A stretch of 64,000 nucleotides of DNA from Lama guanicoe (Eukaryota). Both the position numbers and the translations under genes were made by a program. Numbering within the stretch: position 1 is the first letter of the stretch; each line of letters begins with the position of its first letter. The stretch lies in NCBI GenBank assembly GCA_013239625.1, contig MU053472.1:2577822-2641821 (forward strand), read 5' to 3'. The notes beneath the pieces were generated by a model. The model did no database searches. It was not told the origin of the DNA and worked only from the letters and a program-made list of their open reading frames with translations. Below, in pieces: positions 50,665 through 63,389 of the stretch.

Positions 50665-52205
50665 GCCATTTCGTGGACCCGGGTCAGCGAGAGCATCTAC
50701 GAGAATCAGGCGTGTGGGGAGCGGGATGACCCTGCCGAGGGTGTGTGGATTTGAGCCTCCGCGCTTGTAACAGAGATCTAGAAATGCATCGTGATTCCTG
50801 TCCATTGGACTGTAAAGTTTATGTAGGTAATTTCGGAAACAATGGCAACAAGACTGAAGTGGAACGAGCTGTTGGCTATTATGGACCACTCCGAAGTATT
50901 TGGGTTGCTAGAAACCCTCCCGGCTTTGCTTTTGTTGCGTCTGAAGATCCCCGAGATGCAGCGGATGCTGCCCGAGAGCTAGATGGGAGAACACTACGTG
51001 GCTGCCAAGTAAGGGTGGAACTGTCCAACGGTGAAAACAGAAGTCAAAATCGTGGCCCACCTCCCTCTTGGGGTCGTCGCCCTCGAGATGATTATCGGAG
51101 GAGTCCTCCACCCCGTCGCAGATCTGAAAGAGAGATCTCCAAGAAGCTTCTCTCGCAGCCGGAGCAGGTCCTGTTCTAGAGATAGAAGAGAGAGATCGCT
51201 GTCTTGGGAAAGAAATCATAAGCCAACCCTCTCTTTCTCTAAGTCTCCTAGCCGATCTAGGTCAAACGAAAGGAAGCAGAAGACCAGTTTGCAAGAGGAG
51301 TGGTGTACAGGAAATAACCGCATTTGACAGGAGTATGTACAAAAAATTCAAGTTTGGTTTGAGACTTCATAAGCTTGATGCGTTTTTAAGATGTTTTAGC
51401 TGTTCACATTTGTCTGTCTCTTGGAACAGTGACACATAAAGATGTAATTCTCTATGGTTTGAAATGGATCATATGAGGCATGTAATACCAAGAATTGTTA
51501 CTTTACAATGTTTCCTTATGCAAAACTGAATTTGCTTTTAGTCTTACACAGACTGATAATAACCTCTAGCTCCCCAGCTAAAGTGTGATTAATATTACAG
51601 AAACAAAACTGGCAAAAAGTGAAAAGACTTTCCACAGCTGGGATATGGTATGCAGCTGTAGTTGAACAAGCAGTCTAAAAGCTGCTCTGAATAAAAGCCA
51701 GCAGGTAAATATTAAAGCTGCACCATTAAGCTAGATTAAAGATTTTAAAATCTCACCAGTCTTCACACTGGACAAGAGGTTGTCCAGTGGTATAGAATCT
51801 TAAGTTTCAAGAAAGTTAGTTTACCTTTGCTTTAGGTCATAAGTTCCTTATGTGATTGCTGTATATGAATATATAGCTTTTCGTAACATTCTTTACTGGG
51901 AAATTTGAGACTATTCAAGATACCAGTGTCCTGCCAGTTTAAGGGTACATTTTAGAGCTGAACTTTTGAGTTACTGTGCAAGATTTTTTTCATGCTGTCA
52001 TTTGTAATGTCTTGTGACAATCCTTGGGATTAAAGTTTTGCTTACAAATTGTTGTTGAGCCTGAAAGCCTGTTTTTCCTTGCAAAAGTAAAATCTGAGAG
52101 CTCGGTACCAAGTCCAGGTATAACATTCCTATTGGAAGCCATATTTATATTTTCTTATAAAGTGCTTTTGACAATACAATATTAGCATAATTGTGCAAAA
52201 AAAAA
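50665..52205 (+). pseudogene. SRSF3: SRSF3 (SRp20) processed pseudogene, full-length mRNA retrocopy
   Basis: ATG at 50784 gives [16 protein letters not shown]...RNPPGFAFV, the SRSF3 RRM. It is intronless, with a frameshift near 51120-51145; the RS domain continues in the 51031..51327 frame. The ancestral stop is now CAG (51277-51279). The long 3'UTR ends in AATACA (52173-52178) and poly(A) (52197-52205). TSD AAGACGAATGTCCAG (50650-50664) / AAAATGAATGTCCAG (52202-52216). Confidence 0.97.
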
Positions 52206-52359
52206 TGAATGTCCAGAAGATGTGCCTTTTCAAACAAGAAAACTGGACAGCTCCTTAGTATTGCTTTCTAGATCTGTGTTCCCATACCTTATTTGAATCG
52301 TGACCTACTATGTAAATAGAGTGAACAATTTGTTACAATTTCTAAGGTCAATTTGCAAC

Positions 52360-54240
52360 ATAGAAAATTACATACATAAGGAAAATCTTAAAACTCTGAT
52401 GAAAAAACCAAATAACTAAATAAATGAAGAGATATTCCATGTTCATGGATAGACATACTCAGTCTTTTCAAGATGTCAGTTCTTCCCAACTAAATCTATG
52501 ATCCAATCAATCCCAATCAAAGCCCTAGAAAATTATTTTGTGGGTACTGACAAGTTCTTTAGTTTATATGGAGAGGAAAAATACCCAGAATAGCCAACTA
52601 AATATTAAAAGAGAAGGACACTGTTGGAGGACCAACACTACCTGACTTCAAAACTCACTATACAGCTACAGTAAGCAAGACTGTGGTATTTACAAAAGAA
52701 CAAACAAATAGATCAATAGAACAGAAAACAGAGTCCAGACATAGCTCCATATAAATATAGTCAGCTGATCTTTGACAAAGAAGTAAAAGCAATACATTGG
52801 ACAAAAGACAAATCTTTTTAATAAATGGTGCTAGAATGACTAGACATCCACATGCAAAAAAATGAACCTAGACAAAGACCCTACAGCCTTCACAAAATTG
52901 ACTCAAAATGGACCACAGACCTAAATGTAAAATGCAAAACTATAAAATTCCTGGAAGATAACACAGGAGAAAACCTACATAACCTTGGGTTTGGTGGTGA
53001 CTTTTTAGTTACAATAACAAAGGCACAATCCAAGAAAGAAAAAATTGATAAGGTGGACTTCATTAAACGTAAAAATTTCTGCTCTGCAAAAGACACTGTC
53101 AAGAGAATAAAAAGACAACCCATACATGGAGAGAAAATATTTGCAAAAAAACATACCAGATAAAGGACTGTTATCCAAAATATAAAGTCTTAAAATTCAA
53201 CAATAAGAAAACAAACAACTTGATTTAAAAATGGGCCAAAGATCTTAACAGACACCTCACCAACGAAGAACTATAGGATGGCAAATACGCATATGAAAAG
53301 ATGCTCCACATCATATGTCATCAGGGAAATGCAAATTAAAACAACAATATGATATCACTACACACCTAATAGAATGGCCAAAACTCTCACAACACCAAAT
53401 GCTGGCAAGGACATGGAGCAACAGGAACTCTCATTCACTGCTGTTTAAACTGTAAAATGGTACAGCCACTTTGAAGACAGTTTGGCAGTTTCTAAAAAAA
53501 CTAAAGATACTTATACCATACTAATCCAGCAATTATGCTCCTAGTACTTACCCAAAGGATTTTTATGTGTTAAGTCCACAAAAAGCCTGCACATGGATGT
53601 TTATCGCAGCTTTACTCATAATTGTCAGAACTTGGAAGGAACCAAGATGCCCTTCAGCAGGTAAATGGATAAATAAACTGTGGTACATCCAGACAATGGA
53701 ACAGTATTCAACACTAAAAAGAAATGAGCTATCAAGCCATGAAAAACATGGAGGAAACTTAAACACATAGTACTAAATGAAAGAAGCCAATCTGGGAAAG
53801 CTACGTATTATACCATTTCAACTACATGACATTCTGGAAAAAATATAACTATTGAGATGGTAAAAAAGATCAGTTTTTGCCAGAAGAAAGAGGATGATTA
53901 GTATGAGCACAGGGGATTTTTAGGGCAGTGAAACTACTTTGTATGACACCATAATGGTGGCTATATATTATTATATATTTCTTTACTACTGTATATTTGT
54001 CCAAACTCATAGAATGTGAAACACCAAGAGTGAATCCTACTGTAAATTATGAACTCTAGATGATAAGGATGTGTCAATGTAAGATCATCAATTGTAACAA
54101 ATGCATCACTCTGGTGGGGGATATTAGTAATGGAGAAGGCTATGTATGTGTGGGGGCAGGGAGTACATGGGAAATCTCTGTCTTCCTCTCAATTTTGCTG
54201 TGAACCCGAAATTTCTCTACAATATAGACTATTTTAGAAA
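52360..54240 (+). mobile_element. 5'-truncated L1MC-like element
   Basis: ORF2 peptides KIDSKWTTDLNVKCKTIKFLEDN and WMFIAALLIIVRTWKEPRCPSAGKWINKLW; L1MC-type 3'UTR. Confidence 0.88.
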
Positions 54241-54457
54241 GAAGAAAAACATTATATATAAGCAAGCAGTCATTGAAACTGTCTGCAAAAGGCTTATGAA
54301 TTAAAGTTGTTAAAAGTGTTCAACAGTATGTGGCTATGCGTACACACACACATACCCATACCTTACACAGCTGACAATCCCAAGTGCTACTATACATGAG
54401 TGAATATGTGTAACAAAAATTAAGTTTATTCAATGCCTTCAAAAATAAAGGCAGCTG

Positions 54458-54604
54458 ACAAGGATATATTGTACAGCACAGGGAATATAGCCAATATTTT
54501 ATAATAACTGTACATGGAGCATGGTCTTTAAAAATTGTGAATCACTATGTTGTACACTTGACACATGTAATACTGTATATCAACTATACCTCGATAAAAA
54601 AATT
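54458..54604 (+). mobile_element. Short L1 3' tail insertion
   Basis: TSD aaaaataaaggMagctg (54441-54457 / 54605-54621); homologous to 7355-7475. Confidence 0.85.
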
Positions 54605-56244
54605 AAAAATAAAGGAAGCTGGCTATTTTAGTATTATCAATGAGAAAGCTTTGATCTAAAAGCAGTGGGTAAAATTAAGTCATTTTTACTTCACTACTTT
54701 AGCCTTTTGCCCCGAAATAAAGGAACAAATCCCATAGTTCTACCATTTGCTTCCTATTAACTAAGGGAATGCATGCTCATTTCAGAACATTCAAACCTTA
54801 CAGAAATACACAATGAAGAAAATGAAAGTTCCCCCATAAAATTATCTCCCCAGAGATTACCACTACTAGTAATTTGGTATGTATTTTTTTCACAATTTTT
54901 TTTCTATCCATATATGATATCAGCATCTATCTGTGTTTAAAAAACACAATACCAACTCCAAAAGCACTGGAGAGCAATAGAAAGCCTTCATACATCTCCG
55001 AGAAAAGGAATAATATGAAAATTACATTGCATGTCATTATAAAACTTCCCAAGTGTTCACCTTAGTTTACCTCCACCTCACAAAACTGCTTTCTCATTCC
55101 ATCTCTTTCCCCAAACTCATACATAGCCACCTTTTCTCAAACCTCCTTCCTCTTCCCTATCTTTCATGTTTCCCTTTTCTTTTCACAAATAAAGCAGTCT
55201 GAAGGCTTTTCCAGTTTTGGTCAAACTAATCTCACAGTTGGCTAATTAGTCAAGTAAATAAAGGATCTTTCCTCTTTAGAAAGCTTGGGGGGGGGCAGGA
55301 GCAGCAAAGGAAAACACTCATAATATTACATTCTTTCCTTATCACACATGTGTGGTTTTATCTATTATATAAAGAGGGTTTTTTTGTTATTTTAATAAAA
55401 TGAGATTATAATTCTGCTTTTTAATTTGCTTTTTTTCCCATTTAAGATATGTTAAACATCTGTTGATGTCAGTATAAATCTACCTCACGTTTTATAGTCG
55501 CTTAGCATTTCATTACATAAGTGTTTCATAATTTACTTAGCCAACCTCCTATTGTGTGACATTCGGTTATTTCCAAATTTCTGCTATTTTATGTAATGCT
55601 ATGATGAATATTCTTGAATAAGTAGGGTAGAAGCCATCTCATCTAACTCTATTGGGACCAGTAGTCGGTTGGTTACTCAAGTTAAGCAAGGAATCATAAA
55701 AATTGATACAACATGTTTTAAACGCTTTATATTAACTTAAGACACATGTATGTGTTTTTCTTCTCCAATGTTTTGACAAAGAGTCAAGGTCTTTTATTTT
55801 GAGAATGAGTTCACTGATTACATATAGTTTCACATTATGTTTCTTGCACAAACCATGGCCAAAACACATGGCTTACAATTTCCCATTTCAGTTTGTTTTT
55901 CCCCCAGTGTAAAGCTCAGTGGGCTGTGGGCATCTGTCAGCATACTTCAGAGACGGAACTACGGTGTTGGTTATTCTGGTGGGCTGTTTAAGTGGAGAGT
56001 GATTAACAGAACTACTATATACTTGTGAGATAAATTCTTAGAAATGAAATTACTGGATTAGAGTAAGCTGAAAGTTATACAGCTATTGTCAGACAGCTCT
56101 CCAAAAAGGTTGTCCCAATTTGTATTCCCAAAAATATTGTGTAAGAGTTTTTATTTCTCAGATATCCTCACCAATAATGGATATTATGAATAGTTTAAAC
56201 CTAACAATACTATTTATTCAACAATATTTATTAAAATTTCTATG

Positions 56245-57875
56245 TGTAAAATTAAGTCATCATGGATCAGAGACCTAAATGTGAGAGTTAAAACTGTAAA
56301 ATTCATAGAACAAAACTGCTATAGAGTGAGTGTCACATCTCTCAAAGTTCGTATGTTAAATTGCAACACCCAAAGTGATGGTATTCAGAGGTGAAACTTT
56401 TGGGACATGACTAGATTAGAAAGGTAAAGCCCTCACGAATGGGATTAGTGACCTTGAAAAAGAGACTGCAGAGAGCTCCCTTGTCCCTTCTGCCAAGTGA
56501 GGATACAGCGAGAGGCAAAAGTCTGTGAACGAGGAACCAGATCATCACCAGACAACAAATCTGCCAGCGTCTTGATCTTGGACTTCTCAGTCTCCAGAAG
56601 GGAGAGAAGTAAATTTCTGTTGTTCATTAGCCACTCAAAAGTTTCTTCTGTTCTTTATGGTATTTTTGTTATAGTAGCCCAAACAGATGAAGTAAAAAAA
56701 TACAGGACTAAATCTTTATGTTTCTGGGTTAGGCAGTCTTAGATAAGCACCAAAACACACATGACAAAAGAAAAAGATAAATTGGATTTTATCAAAATTA
56801 AAAGTTTTTGTGACAACTCAGAGAACGGGAAAAAAATTTTAAAAACATATCTACAATGGATTTGCATCTAGAATATATAAACTTACAACTCAGTTTTAAA
56901 AAGAGAAATAACCCTATTTAAAAATAGGTGGGGGTTGGTATAACTCAGGGGTAAGGCACATGTTTAGCATGCAAGAGGTCCTGAGTTCAATCCTCAGCAC
57001 TGCCAATAAATAAATGAATAAATAAATAATAGGCAAAAGATCTGAATAGACATTTCTCCAATACATACAAATGGCCTATAACACATGAAAAGATACTCAA
57101 TATCATTGGCCATCAGGGAAATATAAATTAAAATCACATTAAGATACCACTGCACATTCACTAGGATGGCTATAATAAAAAAGATAATAACAAGTGTTGG
57201 AGAGGTTTGGGGAAACTGGAACCCTAATACACTGCTGGTAGGAATGTAAAATGGTGAAACTGCTTTGGAAAACAGTCTGGCAGTTCTTCAAAATGTTAAA
57301 CATGTAGTTACCATATGACCCACCAAATCTACTTCTAGGTATATTTCCAAGAGAAATAAAAACATTATGTCCATATAAAAACTTGTAAATGAATGTTCAT
57401 AGCAGCATTATTCATAATAGCCAAAAAGCAGAAACAATCCAAACACCCATCAACTGATGACTGAATAAATAAAATATGGTAAAATTTATACAATGAAATA
57501 TTATTAAGCAATAAAAAGGAATGAAGTACTGATACATGCGACAACATGAATGAACCTTGAAAACATGCTAGGCCAAAGAAGCCAGTAATAAACGATCATC
57601 TATTTAAGGATACCATTTATATGAAACATCCAGAATAGGCAAATTCATAGAGACAGAAAGTAGATTTGTGGTTACCTTGAGCTGGAGAAAGGATAAAATG
57701 AGAATGACTACTAATGGGTATGGGGTTTCTATATGGGGGTGATGAAATGTTCTAAAATTAATTATGATAATGGTTGTACAACTCTTTAGTATGTAAGAAT
57801 ACTAAACCCCATTGAATTACACACTTTAAATGGGTGAACTCTAATGATATGTGACTTATACCTCAATAAAGCCTG
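56245..57875 (+). mobile_element. L1MB-like 3' fragment interrupted by an MLT1 LTR (~56318-56690) and a SINE
   Basis: ORF2-end sequence gaatgttcatagcagcattattcataatagccaaaaag; ends cctcaataaagc. Confidence 0.85.
56929..57027 (+). mobile_element. Diverged Vic-1-type SINE
   Basis: ggtataactcaggggtaagg...gagttcaatcctcagcac, (TAAA)n tail, short TSD aatagg. Confidence 0.8.
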
Positions 57876-58832
57876 TTATATTAAAACAATTGTTATGTGT
57901 CTGGCAATGTTCTAGGTGCTACAAATACAGCCGTTGACATATGTCTTCCATTTACCCTTCCAGGTTCACTCCTCACCCTTCTCCACTACGTGCTTTGCCC
58001 GTAGAGGCTGATCTAACAGATGACATCAAAAGGGTCCTCATGCCTTGGTTGGGTTTGGTCAACAGGAAGCCCAGGCAGGAGATCAGAGTGGGAAGGAAAG
58101 TGGAATCAGGATATTTATTCTCTTGGCTCCCTCCCTGAGAGGACACCTTGCCTCTCCAGGCAAGGTCACTGATCTTCCAAGGGAGTCAACTTTACATGCT
58201 GTTTCTTTTAGGTTCTACTAACTGGTATCCCTCCTGCCATTTTAGGCCTAAAAGTGGTGACATCACAGCTGCTACCACCTTGAGGATACTGTTGTACACT
58301 TTGTGGTTTCCCGGTACTTGCATCTTTGTAAATAACCCCTAAATAATCACTTGGTAAAAAAGTATTCCTAAAATTATTCTGAACATATCATCTATTTTCT
58401 TTTGAAACCTTTACTAAACCAGACAAATAAGGACGCTGCCATCTAAGAGTTTTAATTCCCATGATCAAAGAAAAGAAATTCATTATTAAGAATATTCCAG
58501 GCAGAGGGAACAGAAAGTACAATACTGCTGTTAAAGGTGGATGCTTGGGCTGTTTGCTGCACAGAAAGACCAGTATGACTAATACAGAATGACTCAGTGG
58601 CGAGTAATAAGACAGGAAGCAAAATGGTGGGCAGGGCCAGATCATACAGAGTCATATGCATACTATTATATTTTTACTTACCTGATATATTTAACTAAAT
58701 AGTGACAAAACATAAAAACACAACTTTTAGTACTTGTAATACAATGTTATTTGCATCCTTGACTTAAAAACCCTGTGCTTTGTGTTATAGTATTGTCAAG
58801 TACTTTCAAGGACAGGAAGAGGCTTGATTTCT

Positions 58833-59056
58833 TTCTTTTTTTTTTTTTTTTTGATGAAGGCAAATTTTTACTGAAGGCAGATCACAGAGAAGAGAGCTCC
58901 ACCACATATCACAGGACAAACCGGCCCATCTGCTGTATCTTGTAACTGTATCTCTTTTTCCTACCGTCTGTCTTTTATCCTTTCACTCAGCTCTGCCCCT
59001 ACTCCCCACCTCCACCTCTCAAAACCCATCCAGCTCACAGCCTACTCAGCAAAAGC
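58833..59056 (-). mobile_element. Unclassified L1-mobilised insert with poly(A) and 18-bp TSD
   Basis: TSD ggaagaggcttRatttct (58815-58832 / 59057-59074); poly(T) at 58836-58852; AGTAAA on the minus strand 14 nt before the tail. Confidence 0.85.
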
Positions 59057-59134
59057 GGAAGAGGCTTAATTTCTGATTTGTAAAATACAAATAAATTTAG
59101 GTGATTAAGAGTATAGCCATGTCTTGAACTGAAA

Positions 59135-59154
59135 TGTGTGTGTGTGTGTGTGTG
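59135..59154. repeat. (TG)10 microsatellite
   Basis: Direct reading. Confidence 0.9.
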
Positions 59155-61004
59155 TTATTAACAAAGACAAATCAGAAAATAAAATTCATGATATACTTTC
59201 TTTTCCATCGCCCAATAACTTACGGGAGAGATCTTTCTCATTCAGAGCCCTAGGTCTTGTTTTGTTTCTTTTTTTTTTTAATATGCTGTTTTTAAAAATG
59301 AGTTTATTATTTAAGGAAAAGAAACTCCTCTTTGAAAAAATAGAAATGTGAAACTGACCAAGTTGTGTCGGGTACCTAAATGAAGCAAACCCTCCTGTGA
59401 CAATGGTAGTACATAAGTTGAAGAAAATTTGCCTATAAAACAAATATTGCCATAAACATACTGATTTTTAGGGGTGAAAAATATCTACATTCAATGTTCT
59501 CATTATAGTTTCTTTCTAATAAAATCTTTGTGGATGTTTATAGGCCTTCTCTCTGGAAAATCTGCAGGCAGCTTGGTAACTTTATATTTAAATGAATGTC
59601 ACAGAACAAACTAGGAATGTATCAGAAACGGGGAAAAGACTAAGGATTGCGACCAAAGAAATCAGTTGAGCTTTAAGTATAAATGAAGCACAATTAACAT
59701 TTTGTGGAGCAAAAACTCATAGAAATAAATATTCTAAATAACAATTTCTTCCTACATCTTGCAGATAAATTATATCAAGTCATGGGTAAAGATTTTAAAA
59801 AGAGTTGCCAGGATCAGAGTCAAAATTCTCCAGCGTAAATTCACTGACAAGGGACTGCTGTACAATCTCTAAAAAAAAATTTAATATCCAATGTATTTAC
59901 TCTAAAGAATTGAGCGTATAGACTCTCAATCTCTTCGGGCCTTAATTTTCGATCTGTAAAAGTGTAGTACTGGTTTTGACTTTTTAAAATTCTAATTCCT
60001 GGTAACAAATGCTTATGCACTTGCAGTTTCTGACTGATTAGAGCGCCCTCATGTGTGTCTTTGTTGTAATGTTTTAGATATCTAAAAAAGGACTAATCTC
60101 AGCAGCAATACAATTATAATTTATTTTCCCATTTATAATAGCTTCAAGTATCATTCAGTAAATGCTAAAGACTGTGATTAATCCTACTGCCACTCCCTAT
60201 CAAGCTTTTCATATGCCAAATTTAATTCTAAAGTAACTGAAGTTATTATTGTTCTGGTTCAAATTTTAATGGCTTAAGGAGTTTTTCCTTAAAACTGCTA
60301 AAAGTTTTTCATCATAATATTATTTTATTATCATGCTTGAATGAAAATCTGTATCCAATTAAGTTGTTAATTATATGTGATAGCCTGACTGTATATTTCC
60401 AGGGGTGGGTAACAACTCCTCCAGGTCATTTCTAACTCAGCTTTTCCAAATAAAAACTTGTCTAAATCATTGCAAACAGATTTCTTTCTACTCAAAAAGA
60501 CCATACCGGAGGGAGCCAAGAGAATTTCATTTTTTTGGAAAACTGCATGTAAAATCTCATAAATCCAATCACATTTTAAATGGCATTTACCCAACAAGTA
60601 TGTATTGAGGGCCCCCACTACGTGCCAGGAATAAGACGTCAAACTGAGGAACTCAAAGTTACTGAAGAAAAGAAAAAAATACTGTTTTTTTTCTCTTTCT
60701 ATAAAATGACTTAGTAATAAATGCCTCACCCTAGAGAATTGCTGTAAGGATCTAATAACATGACATATGTAACCACATCTTTTAAAAGAGAGAAATGTTA
60801 TTAAAATGTTTGCAAGAGAAACCTTGGTGGTTCCAAGGACATATTTTAGGGGTTGCTTTGCATGCAGAAAATCCTTGAATGTGGGGCTCTGCTGACTTTT
60901 TTAAATTAAAAATTTTCTTCAAATTTTCATGACAGGAGAGAAAGTGGAAATAGAAAATTAAGTCACCTAAGAAGTCTGAACTATTATTTTCCTCATTGCC
61001 TCTT

Positions 61005-61114
61005 TTTTTTTTAACATTTTTGTATTGAGTTATAGTCATTTTACAATGTTGTGTCAAATTCCAGTGTAGAGCACAGTTTTTCAGTTATACATAAACATAC
61101 ATATATTCATTGTC
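61005..61114 (-). mobile_element. Short young L1 3' tail
   Basis: TSD tcctcaYtgcctctt (60990-61004 / 61115-61129), plus poly(T). Confidence 0.85.
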
Positions 61115-61695
61115 TCCTCACTGCCTCTTAACCTCTTTTTCTCAGCAAGGCAGTGCATGGATAGGTTGGGAAAACCAATTAAGTCAAGAGGTCAAACTAG
61201 CTATACCAGACTAACCAGAATGGAGCAATGATGCTAACCTGGCAGAAGCCAGAGTTTTCACCTTTTCAAAATCCCTGAAACCCAAAACATCAGCAATCCA
61301 TGATGCTCAAATAAAGGTAGTATATGAGATGATTCTTAGTGATTCTCTAATTCTAGGCCCTGTGGAAAATTGAATAGACTGCTTTGGGGCCCTCCCACTA
61401 AGGGTTAGAACCTTACTTCCAATGTCCCCTTTCCTGTCTCCCACACATTCACAGCTTCCTTTCCTGCTGTCCTCGCTGATTCAGAATCCTCCACTGCATT
61501 CCACGAGAAGTTCTATGTCCCACAATTCTGTCTCCTCCATGCTCCAGTTTAAATTCCCACGGTTTCAAGTGGCCAATTGTTCATCTGTTTCCAACCCTTT
61601 AAAATTTGATGATGTCCTCCATTCCAGTTTTTAAACTTACTGTGGAAATTATTTAACATATCAAAAGTAGATACACATTTAGAAAAATTAAAAGA

Positions 61696-61777
61696 GGGGA
61701 GGGTTTAGCTCAGTGGAAGAGCATGTGTTTAGCATGCACGAGGTCCTAGGTTCAATCCCCAGTACCTCCATTAAAAA
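61696..61777 (+). mobile_element. Vic-1-type SINE (short)
   Basis: ggggagggtttagctcagtggaagagcatgtgtttagcatgcacgaggtcctaggttcaatccccagtacctcc. Confidence 0.88.
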
Positions 61778-61899
61778 TTTTTTTTTGTTTACAGTAGATA
61801 GAAGAGTATAATGAATACCCCACATATCCATCAGCCAGCTTGAACTACTGTCAACATATGGGGAACTGCAAGCAGTCTGACTTGGTTAAAATAGCATGA

Positions 61900-62520
61900 G
61901 AATAGGTAGTATTTAGAGAATCAAACAGAATTTTTAAAATAAAAAATATAATATTTGAAAGTACAGAAGTCAATGGAAAGATTAAGCAGCCGAATAGTTC
62001 AGCTAAATACATAGTGACCTAGAAGATAGTCCCAAAGAAGTTACTTAGAATGTACCAGAGAAACAAACAAATAGAAAGGATGAGAGGAAAATTATGGGTC
62101 ATAGATAATAAAGTGCAAAAGTCCAATGTACATCTGGAATTTCAGAAGGAGAAAATGGAGAGGAGAGAGGTGAGATCATATTCAAAAAATTGTTACTGAC
62201 TATCTTCCAGAATTAATGAAACTCAAATTCTGAGTTTGAAGAAACTAAATGAATTCGAATCTAAATAAAAAGAAACTCACACCAAGACACACCATAGTGA
62301 AACTACAGAAAACTAAAGACAAGAAAAAGATTCTAAAATAGCTAGAGAGAAATACAGCTTACCTACAAGGGAACATATGAAAATAACAGGACATTTCTCA
62401 GTGGCAACAATGGAAGCCAGAAGACAGTGGAATAGTATCTTTAAAGTCTGAGAGGAAAATAATTGTCAACCTAGAATTACGTCCTAGCAAAACTACCTCA
62501 AAAAAGATCTTGAAACAATG
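61900..62520 (+). mobile_element. Ancient L1 ORF1 fragment
   Basis: cacaccaagacacaccatagtgaaactacag...gcaacaatggaagccagaagacagtggaat. Confidence 0.7.
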
Positions 62521-63389
62521 ATATTTTCAGAGAGACTGGGGAAGATACCAGCAACTAGAAGGTCTCAAGTACCCTAAAGGTAATTCTCGAAGTTTCTAGT
62601 GAGAAATTCGGAGGAACTGGGGTTTATAAAAGTTGTGAAAATGCATAGGCTGAGAACACAAAAAGACTAAGGGGACACTGGATCTAACCACATCTACAAC
62701 CAACCCCATCTCAATTTTTAATCTCCGGAACATTTTGGTTACGCTGCAGGCATATGGTTTACTTTTGCAGATTTGAGGGAAGAGAACAATTCTGCTCCAT
62801 CTTCTCATGCCGCCAACCCAAAAAGGCTTTCCTGGGCCCCTAAGCCCTTAGGAGGAGTGGTTAAATGATTGGTCAAAGTCCAAGGCATTTATTAGGCCTT
62901 ATTTGCTGCCTCTTCCTCACTCAGGTCTCTCTTCTTTTCTGCCCCTTACTGGGGTCTGTGCCTCTGAAGACTGTGCCATGTTAGTTTTGTAGAAGGGAGA
63001 AAAAACTTCAACATAACAGAGCTCTGTAGTGGGTGTTACTGGCTTCTCACCCCTGTATGCAGCTCCGTATAGCTCCCTCAATCTGAGACACCAAAGGCAG
63101 GAGGGGACCCAAGCATTCCTTGGTCTCTGGATTAATACATAAAAATATCTCCGAACTTCATCTGTGTCCTCTAATACAGATGCTCATCTTCACTCTAAGG
63201 TAATGAAGATTAGCTGATGTTCCTAGGGAAAGGACAAGAGGCTTCTCTGCCAAATCCAAACACCTGAGAGATAACTTCTGCTAGGCTCATTTTCCTTATC
63301 CCAAAAAGGAAGAAAAATACTGAATTCACAGAGAATTAGAGGTTAAACATCTTGGTGAAATCACCTAGAAGTATAAAGAGGCTAAATGT

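Noticed and set aside
4108..57875. Plus-strand bias of large L1s as evidence for a minus-strand host gene
   Set aside because: Too few independent elements, and many LTRs and old L1 fragments lie on the minus strand.
60043..60056. CTCF-like motif GCGCCCTCATGTGT
   Set aside because: Three mismatches to the core consensus; not supportable from sequence alone.
23868..61777. tRNA genes at 23940, 36860, 56930 and 61696
   Set aside because: These are tRNA-derived SINE heads with mismatched stems, A-rich tails and TSDs.
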